The translations under genes and the position numbers were made by a program. Positions 28,451-37,896 of a stretch of 64,000 nt of DNA are shown here, one piece after another (position 1 is the first letter of the stretch; each line of letters begins with the position of its first letter). The notes below the pieces were generated by a model. The model made no database searches. It was not told where the DNA came from and saw only the letters and a list, made by a program, of their open reading frames with translations. The stretch is from Candidatus Aminicenantes bacterium (lineage in GTDB: Bacteria; Acidobacteriota; Aminicenantia; S016-38), in the NCBI GenBank assembly GCA_027068075.1, contig JAMOUJ010000006.1:346706-410705 (forward strand), written 5' to 3'.

Positions 28451-29505
28451 TGCCTATTTTAAATTACACCTCTAAAGAAATAACAGTAAAAATCGTTTAC
28501 TACGGGCCTGCCCTTTCCGGCAAGACCACCAATGTGAAGTATATTTCCAGCATCCTTCCCGAGGAGAAACGGGGAAAGATGGTCACCCTCCCCACCAAGG
28601 AGGACAGGACCCTCTTCTTTGATTTTCTCCCCTTTTCCCTGGGGGGAAAGGCGGGATACAAGATAAGGCTTCAACTTTACACCGTCCCCGGGCAGGTTAT
28701 CTACGATTCCACCCGAAGGCTGGTCCTTCAGGGGGCAGACGGCGTGGTCTTCGTGGCCGATTCCCAAAAGGCCCTTTTGGAAAACAACCGGGATAGTTTG
28801 GAAAACATGAAGGCAAATTTGAAGAGAAACGGCTTGAACTACCAGAAAATCCCCCTGGTTCTTCAGTACAACAAGAGGGACCTGCCCAACATACTTTCCG
28901 TGGAGGAACTGGATGCTGCCCTGAACGAACTTTCCAGGGAGTCGGTTCCTGCCATCGCCATAAGGGGAGAGGGGGTGGTGGAAACCCTGGCCAAGATCGC
29001 TGAACTCACCCTGCGGGACCTACAGACCCGATACACCGTCCTTGAAGACATGGATGTGGAAACCCTGATTGAGGAGTTGAAGTCCTTTGAGAGCGTGGAA
29101 AAACCCTTTGAGGCCTTCCCCTGGGAAGGGGACCTGCCCGAGGAACTTTCCGAGGACGAGCCCTTCACCGAGAGTCTTCCTGAGGAAACCCAGGAGGAAA
29201 TCTCCCCCACGGAGGTTGAGTCCATAATCTCTCCGGATGTGGAGGTGGAGGAAGAGTTTGAGGAGTTTCTGGACACATCGGAGGATTTGAGCGAAGCGGT
29301 AAAGGGTCAGGAGGCGGAAGTTTACGATTCTGATTTTCCCGTGGAAGTTCCCGAGGACCAATTTGATAATCTTCTGGGCCGTGTTGAAAGCAGGCTCAAA
29401 AAGGTGGTCCAGGAAATCCCCATTAACATCAAGGTGAAGGAAGGGGAGGAAATTGAACTGATCCTTAAGTTTAAGATAAAGGTGAAAAAGTCAGGAGAGG
29501 AATAA
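28450..29505 (+). CDS. mglA: MglA-type small Ras-like GTPase with 155-aa acidic C-terminal extension
   Basis: G1 GPALSGKTT. LYTVPGQV block, close to the MglA switch II as I remember it. NKRD (G4). The MglA-like core ends at about residue 195. The tail is dominated by E/D/S/P. Confidence 0.7.
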   Translation: MPILNYTSKEITVKIVYYGPALSGKTTNVKYISSILPEEKRGKMVTLPTKEDRTLFFDFLPFSLGGKAGYKIRLQLYTVPGQVIYDSTRRLVLQGADGVVFVADSQKALLENNRDSLENMKANLKRNGLNYQKIPLVLQYNKRDLPNILSVEELDAALNELSRESVPAIAIRGEGVVETLAKIAELTLRDLQTRYTVLEDMDVETLIEELKSFESVEKPFEAFPWEGDLPEELSEDEPFTESLPEETQEEISPTEVESIISPDVEVEEEFEEFLDTSEDLSEAVKGQEAEVYDSDFPVEVPEDQFDNLLGRVESRLKKVVQEIPINIKVKEGEEIELILKFKIKVKKSGEE

Positions 29506-30267
29506 TTCCACCGGTTCCCCTATTCCTGCATTGAGAACCTGGGCGGCGGAGCCCATTCTCACGGCAATTTCCAGGTAACCGAAACTGTTTATCACGAAGG
29601 CCAGTTCGTTGGGCGGAATTTCCATGAAGGTTCTGGCGAAGTGGGAGATCTTCACCCCCTTTATTGAACCGAAGAGGATTTTTTTATTCCCGAGGTCTTC
29701 CTGCCTTATGTTGAGGGCCAGGTTTCCAAAGCGGTCCACATGGATTACGATCCCCCGAATTTTGTTCCCCTCCCTTTTCGGCTGGGGAAGTTTGAACTTA
29801 CGGTAGTTTTCCGTCCTGGTTCCAAACCTCTCCACCGGAATTCCCTTGGAAAGCCAGGCGGCCACCGGGGCCATTTTATCCCGGGCTTCAAAGGTGGAAC
29901 TGGGTTCCGGCAGGAAGAAGTGGGTTTCCGTCACTTCGTAAACCGTCGGTTCCTCCGGCCGCTGATAAACCGGGGCGAAAACACCGTTGTCCGGGCCTAT
30001 GTAGTATTTCCCCTCGGAGGAGATGAGGAGGATCTTTCTGTCCGTTCCCACCCCGGGATCCACCACGGTGAGGAAGATGGTACCCCTGGGGAAATAATCC
30101 ATTACCCCGGAGAGGACATAGGCGGCGGATATGGGGTGAAAGGGAATAATCTCGTGGGATATGTCCACGATTTTAGCCTCAGGATTTATTGAAAGAATAA
30201 CTCCCTTCATGGCCCCCACATAGGGGTCTTTGATTCCGAAGTCGGTTATAAGCGCAATGGTTCTCAT
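29491..30267 (-). CDS. SAM hydroxide adenosyltransferase family (DUF62, fluorinase/chlorinase-like)
   Basis: N-terminus TDFGIKDPYVGAMKGVILSINPEAKIVDISHEI is the signature of the DUF62 family. Confidence 0.8.
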   Translation of the reverse strand: MRTIALITDFGIKDPYVGAMKGVILSINPEAKIVDISHEIIPFHPISAAYVLSGVMDYFPRGTIFLTVVDPGVGTDRKILLISSEGKYYIGPDNGVFAPVYQRPEEPTVYEVTETHFFLPEPSSTFEARDKMAPVAAWLSKGIPVERFGTRTENYRKFKLPQPKREGNKIRGIVIHVDRFGNLALNIRQEDLGNKKILFGSIKGVKISHFARTFMEIPPNELAFVINSFGYLEIAVRMGSAAQVLNAGIGEPVELFLS

Positions 30268-30299
30268 AGGAAAATCTTATGATATGTGGAAGATAAAAA

Positions 30300-31475
30300 T
30301 CAAGATAGGTTTTTAGATTTATCTTCGTACATTAGCCGGTCGGCCTTTTTGAAGGCTTCGTAGAAGGGGGTTTTTTCGCTGAATACGCTGATCCCCACGG
30401 AGATGGAAAGGGGAATGTGGTGGGAAGAAGCCTTGCTCAATTCGGCCTTTAACCTTTTCACTCTGCCTTTTACGGCCTCCAGGGGTCCCCCGGTTATTAC
30501 CAGGAACTCGTCTCCCCCGTAGCGGAATATTCCGTCCTCTTTCCTGAAACTGGAGAGGAGGAGTTCGGAGATCCTTCTCAGGCATCGGTCCCCTGCCGTA
30601 TGGCCCCATCTGTCGTTTATTTTTTTGAAGTTGTCTATGTCAATGAAGACGATGACCCCCTTCTTTTCCTTCAGGGTGTTTATGAAGGAGCGAAGTTTTC
30701 TTCTGTTGTAAAGGCCGGTGAGGGGGTCTATGTCAACCAGGTGACGGAGTTTTGCCCGGCTTATCTCCAGTTCCTTCACGGTGTTCTCCAGTTGGGACAG
30801 GGTCCTTAGAAAGACCACCGTGAGAAAACTTATGCCCAGTATGAGTTCAAAGCCCGCATCGTAGAAGGATATTCTGCTCATTACCCCGGAAATTTTCAGG
30901 CCAACGAAATAGGGAAGGAGCACGATGCCGTGGTGTAAGAAGACCGCGCCGTAAAGCAACAGCACCAGAGAAAGAATGAGGGAGGCGGGAGTTCCACCCC
31001 CAAGCCATTCCTTGAGGCCGAAGATCGCTCCGAGGGTGGCCAATAAACCCACGGTGAGAAACACCGTGGCCTGAATGTGAACCGAGGTGGCCCGGAAAAA
31101 CATGAATACCACCGTGGCGAAGGCCACGAGAAGGATTATCTGGGTTGTCCTCTGTATTCTTTTAGTACTGTACCCCTTTATGAATTGGAAAAAACCCAGG
31201 AGGATAAAATAGATAAAGGCCAATTTGAAAAAGGAGTAGAAAGTATAGAGCATCCTGGTGTAGGGGGTTCCCTCGTGTTTGCCCACCACCATGAGAACGG
31301 AGGTAAGGGCCAGAAGGTCGCTGCTCCACGCCACGGTCCAGTATTTGAGAATGTCCCTTTTGGTTATAATCCACCCGGTGAGGAAGAAGAAGCCGATGAT
31401 GAAGATTATTATGCTTTGAAAGAGTATGGAGGCGTGGGTGAGGCTCACCTCCATGGTAGTAGGTTCTGCAGGCAT
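30300..31475 (-). CDS. Membrane-anchored diguanylate cyclase (7-8 TM + GGDEF)
   Basis: DPLTGLYNRRKL ... FRYGGDEFLVITGG. Confidence 0.75.
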   Translation of the reverse strand: MPAEPTTMEVSLTHASILFQSIIIFIIGFFFLTGWIITKRDILKYWTVAWSSDLLALTSVLMVVGKHEGTPYTRMLYTFYSFFKLAFIYFILLGFFQFIKGYSTKRIQRTTQIILLVAFATVVFMFFRATSVHIQATVFLTVGLLATLGAIFGLKEWLGGGTPASLILSLVLLLYGAVFLHHGIVLLPYFVGLKISGVMSRISFYDAGFELILGISFLTVVFLRTLSQLENTVKELEISRAKLRHLVDIDPLTGLYNRRKLRSFINTLKEKKGVIVFIDIDNFKKINDRWGHTAGDRCLRRISELLLSSFRKEDGIFRYGGDEFLVITGGPLEAVKGRVKRLKAELSKASSHHIPLSISVGISVFSEKTPFYEAFKKADRLMYEDKSKNLS

Positions 31476-31483
31476 CTTCCCGA

Positions 31484-33586
31484 CTACTTCAAGTTCACGA
31501 GGTAAACATCTTTTCTGGAAGGGAGGTAGAGAAAGATTCTGGATACGGATGGATTGCGGAGAATTATTTTGTTGTCTTCCACATATACGGGAAGAATAGA
31601 GTCGCCCTTAAGAATGTATGCGGTGGTGGTGGGATCCTTGAGAAGGAGAAAGGAATTAAGGTTTCCCAGGGAACTCCACAGATAATCGGTTAGCCTTTCG
31701 GTATCGTCCCTTTTGGGGTCGTAGAGGTAAAGTCTCTTTTTCCCCTCGTCGTCGCCGGCGAGAAAATACAGTTTTTCGTTTAAATAAACCGCATCCCCCA
31801 TTTTTTTCTCAAGTTTCCTGAACTTCCTCTGCCTTTCCCAGAATATGTAACCCCTCCCTCCATCGTTGCGGCACACGAAGCCTGCCCTGTCCTTCATCCA
31901 GGCCAGAAATTCGTATTCCTCCTTCCCCTCCTTTATTCTTAACGGTTTCCACACCCCCTCCTTTATGTAACCCAGGAGGAATTTTTTCTCCCCGCTCACC
32001 CTGTAGACTACGGCGTCCTGGGAATCTCCCAGAAAATCTATTTTCACGGTTTCGCTGGCCACCGAAGAATGGGTGTCTATGATGCTGCGGAAATCCGGAT
32101 TTTCCCGGTAAAGGGATTTGAGGAGGGCATACCTGGAAAGGGGAAGGGGCATAAAGGGCAGGGCCTTTAAACTTCTTATTTTCCTGCTCCGGCGGGTTTT
32201 CAGGTTGTAGTCTATGAAGAGGAAGGGAAATTTTGGGGAATAAAGGGGATAGTAATTTCTTAGATTTACGATTTTTTTGAAGGGGGATTGGAAAGGCAGG
32301 GTCAAGAAATCCTCAGAATACACCAGGAGGTGGTCTCCCCTTATTTCCCCCACGAATTTTTCCTCGGTAAGGCGCATCACCACGGCCCTCCTGGGCTTTT
32401 TCATCTCATTCCATATGTAGAAACTTCTTCTTCCCCTTATTCTGTTCACCACGGAAATTACCAGGGTTTTCCCGTCCTTCTGGGGATAAAAATCCTCCAC
32501 CTCACCCCTCAGGGGAATGGGCACCTGAAGGCCAGTTTCGGGGTTCCAGAGGTAAAGGCCGTAGGTATCCGTTCCCTTTACCCTTCCCAGCACCACCAGG
32601 TTTTCGTCCCCCAGCCATTTGGCCATGTCTATTTTTATTACCCTGAGCCTTTTCACCCCGAAGAGATTGGGAACATCCCCGCCGTTGAAGAATGAGAGGT
32701 AAAGGTATTTGAGTTTTCTCTCCCTCTTTTTCTCGCACCGGGCCAACCAATCCCATACGAAGTGGTCTTCCGGTCGGTAAAGGGAAAGTTTGGTGAGTAT
32801 TTTCTTTGCCCGGCGGCACTTTCCGTTCCTTACCAGAAAATAGGCTTCAATTTCGCTGGACAGAAGGGGATCGGAGACCAGGGGCTGAACTTCCTTCACC
32901 ATGTAATCCCTCTCCAGGGTGAAGGCGAAATCCATCATCAGGGAAACCACCTGGGGGGTCTTGGGAAGGGTTTTCAGGAGTTCCCATCCCTGGATAAGGT
33001 CCCCCCTTTCCTTGTAGGCCCTTGCCAATTCCACGCCCAGTTCCGGAAACCTGTATTCTTCAAAGATCTCCCGGGCCTTTTCCAGATCTCCCTTCTGGAT
33101 GTAAACCCTGGAGAGAAAGAGGGCAAATATTCCGTCCTTGAGTTTTTTTACCGCCAGCGAGAGGCGTTTTTCCGCCCTCTTCAAGTTCCCCATTTGAAGG
33201 TCGTAGACGCCCTGAACGAAGATAACGATGGGGGAATTGGGGGCAAACTCTCTGGCTTTAGCGGCGAACCATTCCCTTTGAAAATATCCGAGTTCCGAGG
33301 CCGCCAGGGAGAGGCCCAGGTATTTAAGCCATTCGTATTTCCCGTAGTAGGAGGTTCTGCTTTCCTTGCGGTAAGAGTTAAAGGCCAGGGAGGCTTCCAT
33401 AAACTGTCCCTGGGCCAGTTTTCGGAATCCCCGGGCGATGGGGTCCCTGCGGGAAGAAAAATACTTGTTCCACAGTTCTCCGGCGGTTTGAAGGTCTCCT
33501 TTGAGATAATAAGCGATGCCCTTTTCCAGGAGGTTGGCAGATAGTGCGAAGCCAACCATAAGAATTAAAGCGAGAACTTTCCTCAT
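31484..33586 (-). CDS. Exported TPR plus beta-propeller (PD40/TolB-like) protein
   Basis: Signal peptide. N-terminal TPR-like helices. C-terminal repeated LYLWNPETG / LYLYDPKRD strand-turn motifs typical of propeller blades. It sits 8 nt upstream of the GGDEF gene. Confidence 0.45.
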   Translation of the reverse strand: MRKVLALILMVGFALSANLLEKGIAYYLKGDLQTAGELWNKYFSSRRDPIARGFRKLAQGQFMEASLAFNSYRKESRTSYYGKYEWLKYLGLSLAASELGYFQREWFAAKAREFAPNSPIVIFVQGVYDLQMGNLKRAEKRLSLAVKKLKDGIFALFLSRVYIQKGDLEKAREIFEEYRFPELGVELARAYKERGDLIQGWELLKTLPKTPQVVSLMMDFAFTLERDYMVKEVQPLVSDPLLSSEIEAYFLVRNGKCRRAKKILTKLSLYRPEDHFVWDWLARCEKKRERKLKYLYLSFFNGGDVPNLFGVKRLRVIKIDMAKWLGDENLVVLGRVKGTDTYGLYLWNPETGLQVPIPLRGEVEDFYPQKDGKTLVISVVNRIRGRRSFYIWNEMKKPRRAVVMRLTEEKFVGEIRGDHLLVYSEDFLTLPFQSPFKKIVNLRNYYPLYSPKFPFLFIDYNLKTRRSRKIRSLKALPFMPLPLSRYALLKSLYRENPDFRSIIDTHSSVASETVKIDFLGDSQDAVVYRVSGEKKFLLGYIKEGVWKPLRIKEGKEEYEFLAWMKDRAGFVCRNDGGRGYIFWERQRKFRKLEKKMGDAVYLNEKLYFLAGDDEGKKRLYLYDPKRDDTERLTDYLWSSLGNLNSFLLLKDPTTTAYILKGDSILPVYVEDNKIILRNPSVSRIFLYLPSRKDVYLVNLK

Positions 33587-33668
33587 AAAGAAAGTTTAAA
33601 AATCATTCTCACGGAAGTCAAATGGTGAAGGTTGACGGGGAAAAAACCTTTCTGATAACCTTTCCTCC

Positions 33669-35993
33669 ATGAAAGGAGAACACATTAAAAGGGCCTTTTT
33701 CGCCGTTCTGCTTCTGGCAGCCCTGATGCGAACCGCCGGACTTTTTACTTACGATTACAAAAGGCTCCCCTCGGAAGGGGATGTGAGGCTGAACACCGGG
33801 TACATGTGGGTGAAAAACACCCTGCAGTTGAGGGAATACGCTTACCCTTCCCTTTATTTTTATGTGGAATTTGCCGTGGAGAAACTGGCCTACGGGTTTC
33901 TCCGGTTTATGGGCACCGTCCGCTCCCCGGTGGACTTTTTGTATTCCAGGAAGTTCTGGCACACCCTTTACACCACCGGAAGACTCCTTTCCGTTATCTT
34001 CACCCTCCTTATATTTCCTTTTCTTTTTCGTCTCGGGGAGGGGGAATTTGGACCTACGGTGGGCCTGGTAGCCGCCGTGTTTCTAACCTTTCCCTTGATT
34101 GATGTTGTAAACTCCAGGCTGGCCAAGCCCGACAGCCTTTTGAATCTTTTGCTTTTCCTCACCGTCTTTTTCTCCGTGAGGTTTTTCCGGGAGGGCCGCC
34201 GGAAATTCCTCACCCTCGCCTCCCTGGCGGCGGGTCTTTCCCTTTCCACCAAGTATTTTTTCATAGGAGGCGTTCCGGTTTTTCTCGCCGTGGTGCTTTC
34301 CCGGGGTAGGGCAGGGGAGAAAATCAAAGACCTCCTCCGGGCAGGGGCCGTGGCCCTGATAAGTTTTCTCCTCACTTGTCCCTATTGCATCCTGGACTAC
34401 CGAAAGGTTCTGGAAACCTTCAGCGGGGCCCAGAACTTCAGCAAGGGATACATAGTTCCGGTCCACGGGGCTTACAAACAGGTCTTCGCTGATCTGGTTC
34501 ACTACTCCGGCTATGGGGTTTTCTTTTTGTTTTTGATAGGCGTGATTGTGGCCCTGGCCAGGGACTGGAAGTTGAACATCGTAATCCTTTCCTTTCCCGC
34601 CGTTTACCTCATAATGCTTTCCATTACCAAGGTTTACGGACCGAGATATCTGGTCTATCTTTTCCCCTACATCTCCCTTTACGCCGCCTATGCCCTGGTT
34701 CGGGCAGTGAGGAAACCGGTCCTCGCCCTCGTGTTTTCCCTCTTCCTGGTTTTTCCCATGGCTTCCCAGAGTTTCAAAGCCCTGGATTGGCTGGTAAACA
34801 GAATGGCCAACCGGGAGATAATGAACGATTTTATAAAAAACAGCCTTCCGGATCCCCACAGGGTGGTTTCCTACCACGCCTACTGGCTTTCCACCACCCA
34901 TTATTCCATCTTTCCGAGGTATTCTAAGAACATGGGAAAGCCCCTGTTCTTCATATACGGAGCCCACGAGGAATACTTCTGCTCGCCGGGAAGCCGATTC
35001 CTGAAATTCTGCGATCCCCTCCTTTCTTCCCTGCCGAAATACTGGACTGTCCTTTCCCTCCCTTCTCCTCCCATGCCCTTTGCCATAGATTACTCCATGG
35101 CCCTTTTGAGGAAAAGGCCAGCCCCCGGTCCCCGGAAGGAAGTCTTCCCCGCCCTAGTGAAACTTCCAGGGGAGGGGAAGTTGCTTTTCCCGGGAATTCC
35201 CTATGTGAAGGATGCCCTGGTGGGAAAACTTTCTCCCCTGGGAGGCGTGGAAAAGTTTTACTTGTATCAGGGAAAGGGAGAGATCTGCCTTTTGGTGAGA
35301 AAAATCTCCAGAAGGGTAAGATACAGGGTGTACTTCAACGGGAGAAAATCCCTTCAAAGGGGCCTTTTTTTAAAATGCGAAAAACCTGAAAGGGACTTCG
35401 GGAGAATTTCGGTCCAGTCCCTGGAGGGTTATATTGAGGTTTTCATGACCACTTCCCCCCTGAACCTGGCCCAGGTGATGGTGAAGTATGCCCCTACCAG
35501 GGCCCGGGAATTTCTCCTGACCCTCCGGAAAGATAAATACTACAGATTTGAGGCCAGCAGGCTTCTGTGGACGATATCCCGCGGGCACGGCGGGGAGGAC
35601 GGAAATCTACGGAAGGAGTTGGTTTTCAAGGCCAGGGAGTTAAAATCTCTTCTGGGGGAACATTTTCCCCCCAGGTATAGAAGGGCAGGTTTTGATCTGG
35701 GTTACCTGAAACTTTCCCAGAGAATTTATCCGGTTTTTAAACGGGGAAGAAGGAAAAGCGTCCCCTTTTATCTTTTCCCAGGGGTTTACGGGATAAAAAT
35801 GCCCCTGGATGGTTATCTGGAGATGGGGGACCGCAGGTATGAACTTTCGGGGTCTGTGAGGATTTCGGCCCCGGGATGGGCCCGGGTGGTCCTGGAAGGG
35901 GAGCACATCCCCAGGGATTTTTACCTGTTTTTCTCTCCCGGGGATACCCTGGAGTGGGAGATTCAGGAGATTCTACAGGAGGGTGGACGGTGA
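33669..35993 (+). CDS. GT-C-fold-like polytopic membrane protein with large C-terminal soluble domain (ArnT/PMT-like candidate)
   Basis: About 11 N-terminal TM helices, then a 350-aa hydrophilic domain. It is translationally coupled (GTGA) to a GT2 polyprenyl-phosphate sugar synthase, the classic ArnC/ArnT-like pairing. No clean DE motif, so the family call is tentative. Confidence 0.4.
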   Translation: MKGEHIKRAFFAVLLLAALMRTAGLFTYDYKRLPSEGDVRLNTGYMWVKNTLQLREYAYPSLYFYVEFAVEKLAYGFLRFMGTVRSPVDFLYSRKFWHTLYTTGRLLSVIFTLLIFPFLFRLGEGEFGPTVGLVAAVFLTFPLIDVVNSRLAKPDSLLNLLLFLTVFFSVRFFREGRRKFLTLASLAAGLSLSTKYFFIGGVPVFLAVVLSRGRAGEKIKDLLRAGAVALISFLLTCPYCILDYRKVLETFSGAQNFSKGYIVPVHGAYKQVFADLVHYSGYGVFFLFLIGVIVALARDWKLNIVILSFPAVYLIMLSITKVYGPRYLVYLFPYISLYAAYALVRAVRKPVLALVFSLFLVFPMASQSFKALDWLVNRMANREIMNDFIKNSLPDPHRVVSYHAYWLSTTHYSIFPRYSKNMGKPLFFIYGAHEEYFCSPGSRFLKFCDPLLSSLPKYWTVLSLPSPPMPFAIDYSMALLRKRPAPGPRKEVFPALVKLPGEGKLLFPGIPYVKDALVGKLSPLGGVEKFYLYQGKGEICLLVRKISRRVRYRVYFNGRKSLQRGLFLKCEKPERDFGRISVQSLEGYIEVFMTTSPLNLAQVMVKYAPTRAREFLLTLRKDKYYRFEASRLLWTISRGHGGEDGNLRKELVFKARELKSLLGEHFPPRYRRAGFDLGYLKLSQRIYPVFKRGRRKSVPFYLFPGVYGIKMPLDGYLEMGDRRYELSGSVRISAPGWARVVLEGEHIPRDFYLFFSPGDTLEWEIQEILQEGGR

Positions 35994-36685
35994 AACTTTC
36001 GGTGGTGATCCCTGCTTACAACGAGGAGGAAAACCTGGAAAGGACCCTCAGGGTTATAGCCCGGGAACTGGAGGGGTTGGACTACGAATTTGTGGTGGTG
36101 GACGATGCGTCCACCGATGCCACCCCTGAGATTTTAAAGGACCTTTCCCGGGAACTTCCCCTGAGGTTTTTCAGAAACGAAAGGAACATGAAACTGGGAT
36201 ACACCCTGAGAAGGGGCTTGAAGGAGGCCCGGGGGGAACTGGTTTTTTATACCGACTGCGACCTTCCGTGTTTGCCCTCCGTCATAACCTATGCCCTTAA
36301 GATTATGGAGGTTTACGACTGCGACCTGGTCCTGGCCTACCGCCTGGACCGCACGGGAGAAGGGCTCTTGCGCAGGATGTATTCTTCGGTTTATAACGCC
36401 ATGGTGAGGGTTCTCTTCGGCTTGAAGGTTCGGGATGTAAACTTCGCATGCAAACTGATGAAGAAAAGGGTGGTTGACGAGGTTGATCCGGAGTCTTCGG
36501 GATCCTTCATAGATGCTGAGATTTTAATAAAAGCCCACAGGAAAGGGTTTAAAATTCTCCAATTCGGAGCGGATTACTTCCCCAGAATAAGGGGAACTTC
36601 CACCCTGGCAGGAGTGGGGGTAATTTTTAAACTTCTCCGGGAAATGTTCGCCTTCAGGTTAAAACTCTGGTTTAAAGGCGATTGA
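35990..36685 (+). CDS. GT2 family glycosyltransferase (polyprenyl-phosphate sugar synthase, DPM1/ArnC-like)
   Basis: VVIPAYNEEENLERTL, VVDDASTD and DCDL motifs. GTG start at 35990 overlapping the previous stop. The track ORF extends spuriously upstream. Confidence 0.75.
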   Translation: MKLSVVIPAYNEEENLERTLRVIARELEGLDYEFVVVDDASTDATPEILKDLSRELPLRFFRNERNMKLGYTLRRGLKEARGELVFYTDCDLPCLPSVITYALKIMEVYDCDLVLAYRLDRTGEGLLRRMYSSVYNAMVRVLFGLKVRDVNFACKLMKKRVVDEVDPESSGSFIDAEILIKAHRKGFKILQFGADYFPRIRGTSTLAGVGVIFKLLREMFAFRLKLWFKGD

Positions 36686-37556
36686 GCATTCTCCGGGAAA
36701 GGCGTATGGCGGTGAGCATGCTTCCCTCGGAGGCTTCCCCTTTTCCCGCTATGTCAAAGGCGGTGCCGTGGCACGGGGAAGTTCTGGGCCAGGGAAGGCC
36801 GAAGGTCAGTTCCGCCCCGTCTTCCAAGTGAAGGAGTTTAAAGGGAGCGAGGCCTACATCGTGGAAGAAGGCCAGGATCCATCGGGATTCCACCTCGCCC
36901 CGGAGGAAAACAGTATCCGACGAGAGGGGGCCTTCCAGGGCAAAGTCCTGAATGATGGGGCCTATGACCTCTATTTCCTCCCTTCCCATTTCTCCGCCTT
37001 CGCCGGCGTGGGGATTTACCGAGGATACGATGAGTTCGTCCCCGGGGAAGAACCTCTCAAGGCTGGGGAGGAGGAGGTTGAGAAATTCCCTGAGTTCTTC
37101 CGGGGTTATCTTTTCCAGGGCCCTTTTCAGGGGGAGGTGGTGGGTGAAAAGGACCACCTTCATTCCCCCGGACCAGAATCCCATCACCACCCTTCCAAAC
37201 TTCTTTTCAAAAAACTCCGTGTGTCCCAGGAAATCGTGACCTGCCGCCACCCATGCGTGTTTGCTTACGGGACCGGTGACCAGGGCAGAGGCGGGTTCGG
37301 ATTTTAAAATTTCAAGAGATTTGTTGAAGTAAAGGAAGGAGAGTTCTCCGTGGGGTTTTCCCACCTGAATTTCCGCCTCCGGCTTTGGGTCCACGAATCT
37401 GTACCGCCTCCATTTAAACATCTTCAGGTTTTGAGCCGTCTGTTCAAAGGCCTTACGGGAACCGACGATTAAAAAATCGTCCTCCACCTTTTCCAGGGCT
37501 TTTATTATTACTTCGGGACCTATTCCGCCCGGGTCCCCTCCAGTTATGACGATCAT
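36672..37556 (-). CDS. pdxA: 4-hydroxythreonine-4-phosphate dehydrogenase
   Basis: TGGDPGGIGPEV, GPVSKHAW..GHTE, NPHAGEGGE and PRTSPCHGTAFDIAGKG motifs. Confidence 0.8.
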   Translation of the reverse strand: MIVITGGDPGGIGPEVIIKALEKVEDDFLIVGSRKAFEQTAQNLKMFKWRRYRFVDPKPEAEIQVGKPHGELSFLYFNKSLEILKSEPASALVTGPVSKHAWVAAGHDFLGHTEFFEKKFGRVVMGFWSGGMKVVLFTHHLPLKRALEKITPEELREFLNLLLPSLERFFPGDELIVSSVNPHAGEGGEMGREEIEVIGPIIQDFALEGPLSSDTVFLRGEVESRWILAFFHDVGLAPFKLLHLEDGAELTFGLPWPRTSPCHGTAFDIAGKGEASEGSMLTAIRLSRRMLNRL

Positions 37557-37837
37557 TTCTTAAGGGCTTCCTCGTCTTTAAGGATGTATTTAATTGCGTG
37601 CTTGTACACCAGGAGGTTGGGTTCACCTTCCCTGTGAACTTTTATCACCTTTTCGTCGTACCATTCTATCCTTCCACGGATCACCTCTCCATCCTGGAAA
37701 ACTATTATCATGGGGTTTTTATTCCGCATTTGCTTCAGATAGTAGTAATTTTCCGCGTGGGTCTGGTAAGAGGGCTTATCCTTCTTTACCCGGGTCGGGT
37801 GAGAAGGGGCCATGGGCGGTATCAATTTTCTTCCCAT
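37553..37837 (-). CDS. hfq: Divergent Hfq-like (Sm-fold) RNA chaperone with N-terminal extension
   Basis: Sm1-like ..IVFQDGEVIRGRIEWYDEKVIKV.. and Sm2 LLVYKHAIKYI, matching Hfq YKHAI. Strong RBS AAGGAGG sits 6 nt before the ATG at 37837. The stop is ATGA-coupled to pdxA. The track ORF starts 16 codons further upstream with no RBS. Confidence 0.55.
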   Translation of the reverse strand: MGRKLIPPMAPSHPTRVKKDKPSYQTHAENYYYLKQMRNKNPMIIVFQDGEVIRGRIEWYDEKVIKVHREGEPNLLVYKHAIKYILKDEEALKK

Positions 37838-37896
37838 TTTCAACCTCCTTAATGAAATTATAATTTGTTGAGAGAAAAAAATCAAATTAAAATTTA

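Noticed and set aside
28863-29361. Ser-rich ORFs antisense to the acidic tail of the MglA-like gene
   Set aside because: They are the mirror image of the GAG/GAA-rich acidic tail and have no translation signals.
35876-35989. Upstream extension of the GT2 ORF
   Set aside because: It overlaps the C-terminus of the preceding gene and has Gly/Pro-rich composition. The GTGA-coupled start at 35990 matches where GT2 proteins begin (VVIPAYNEE at residues 5-13).
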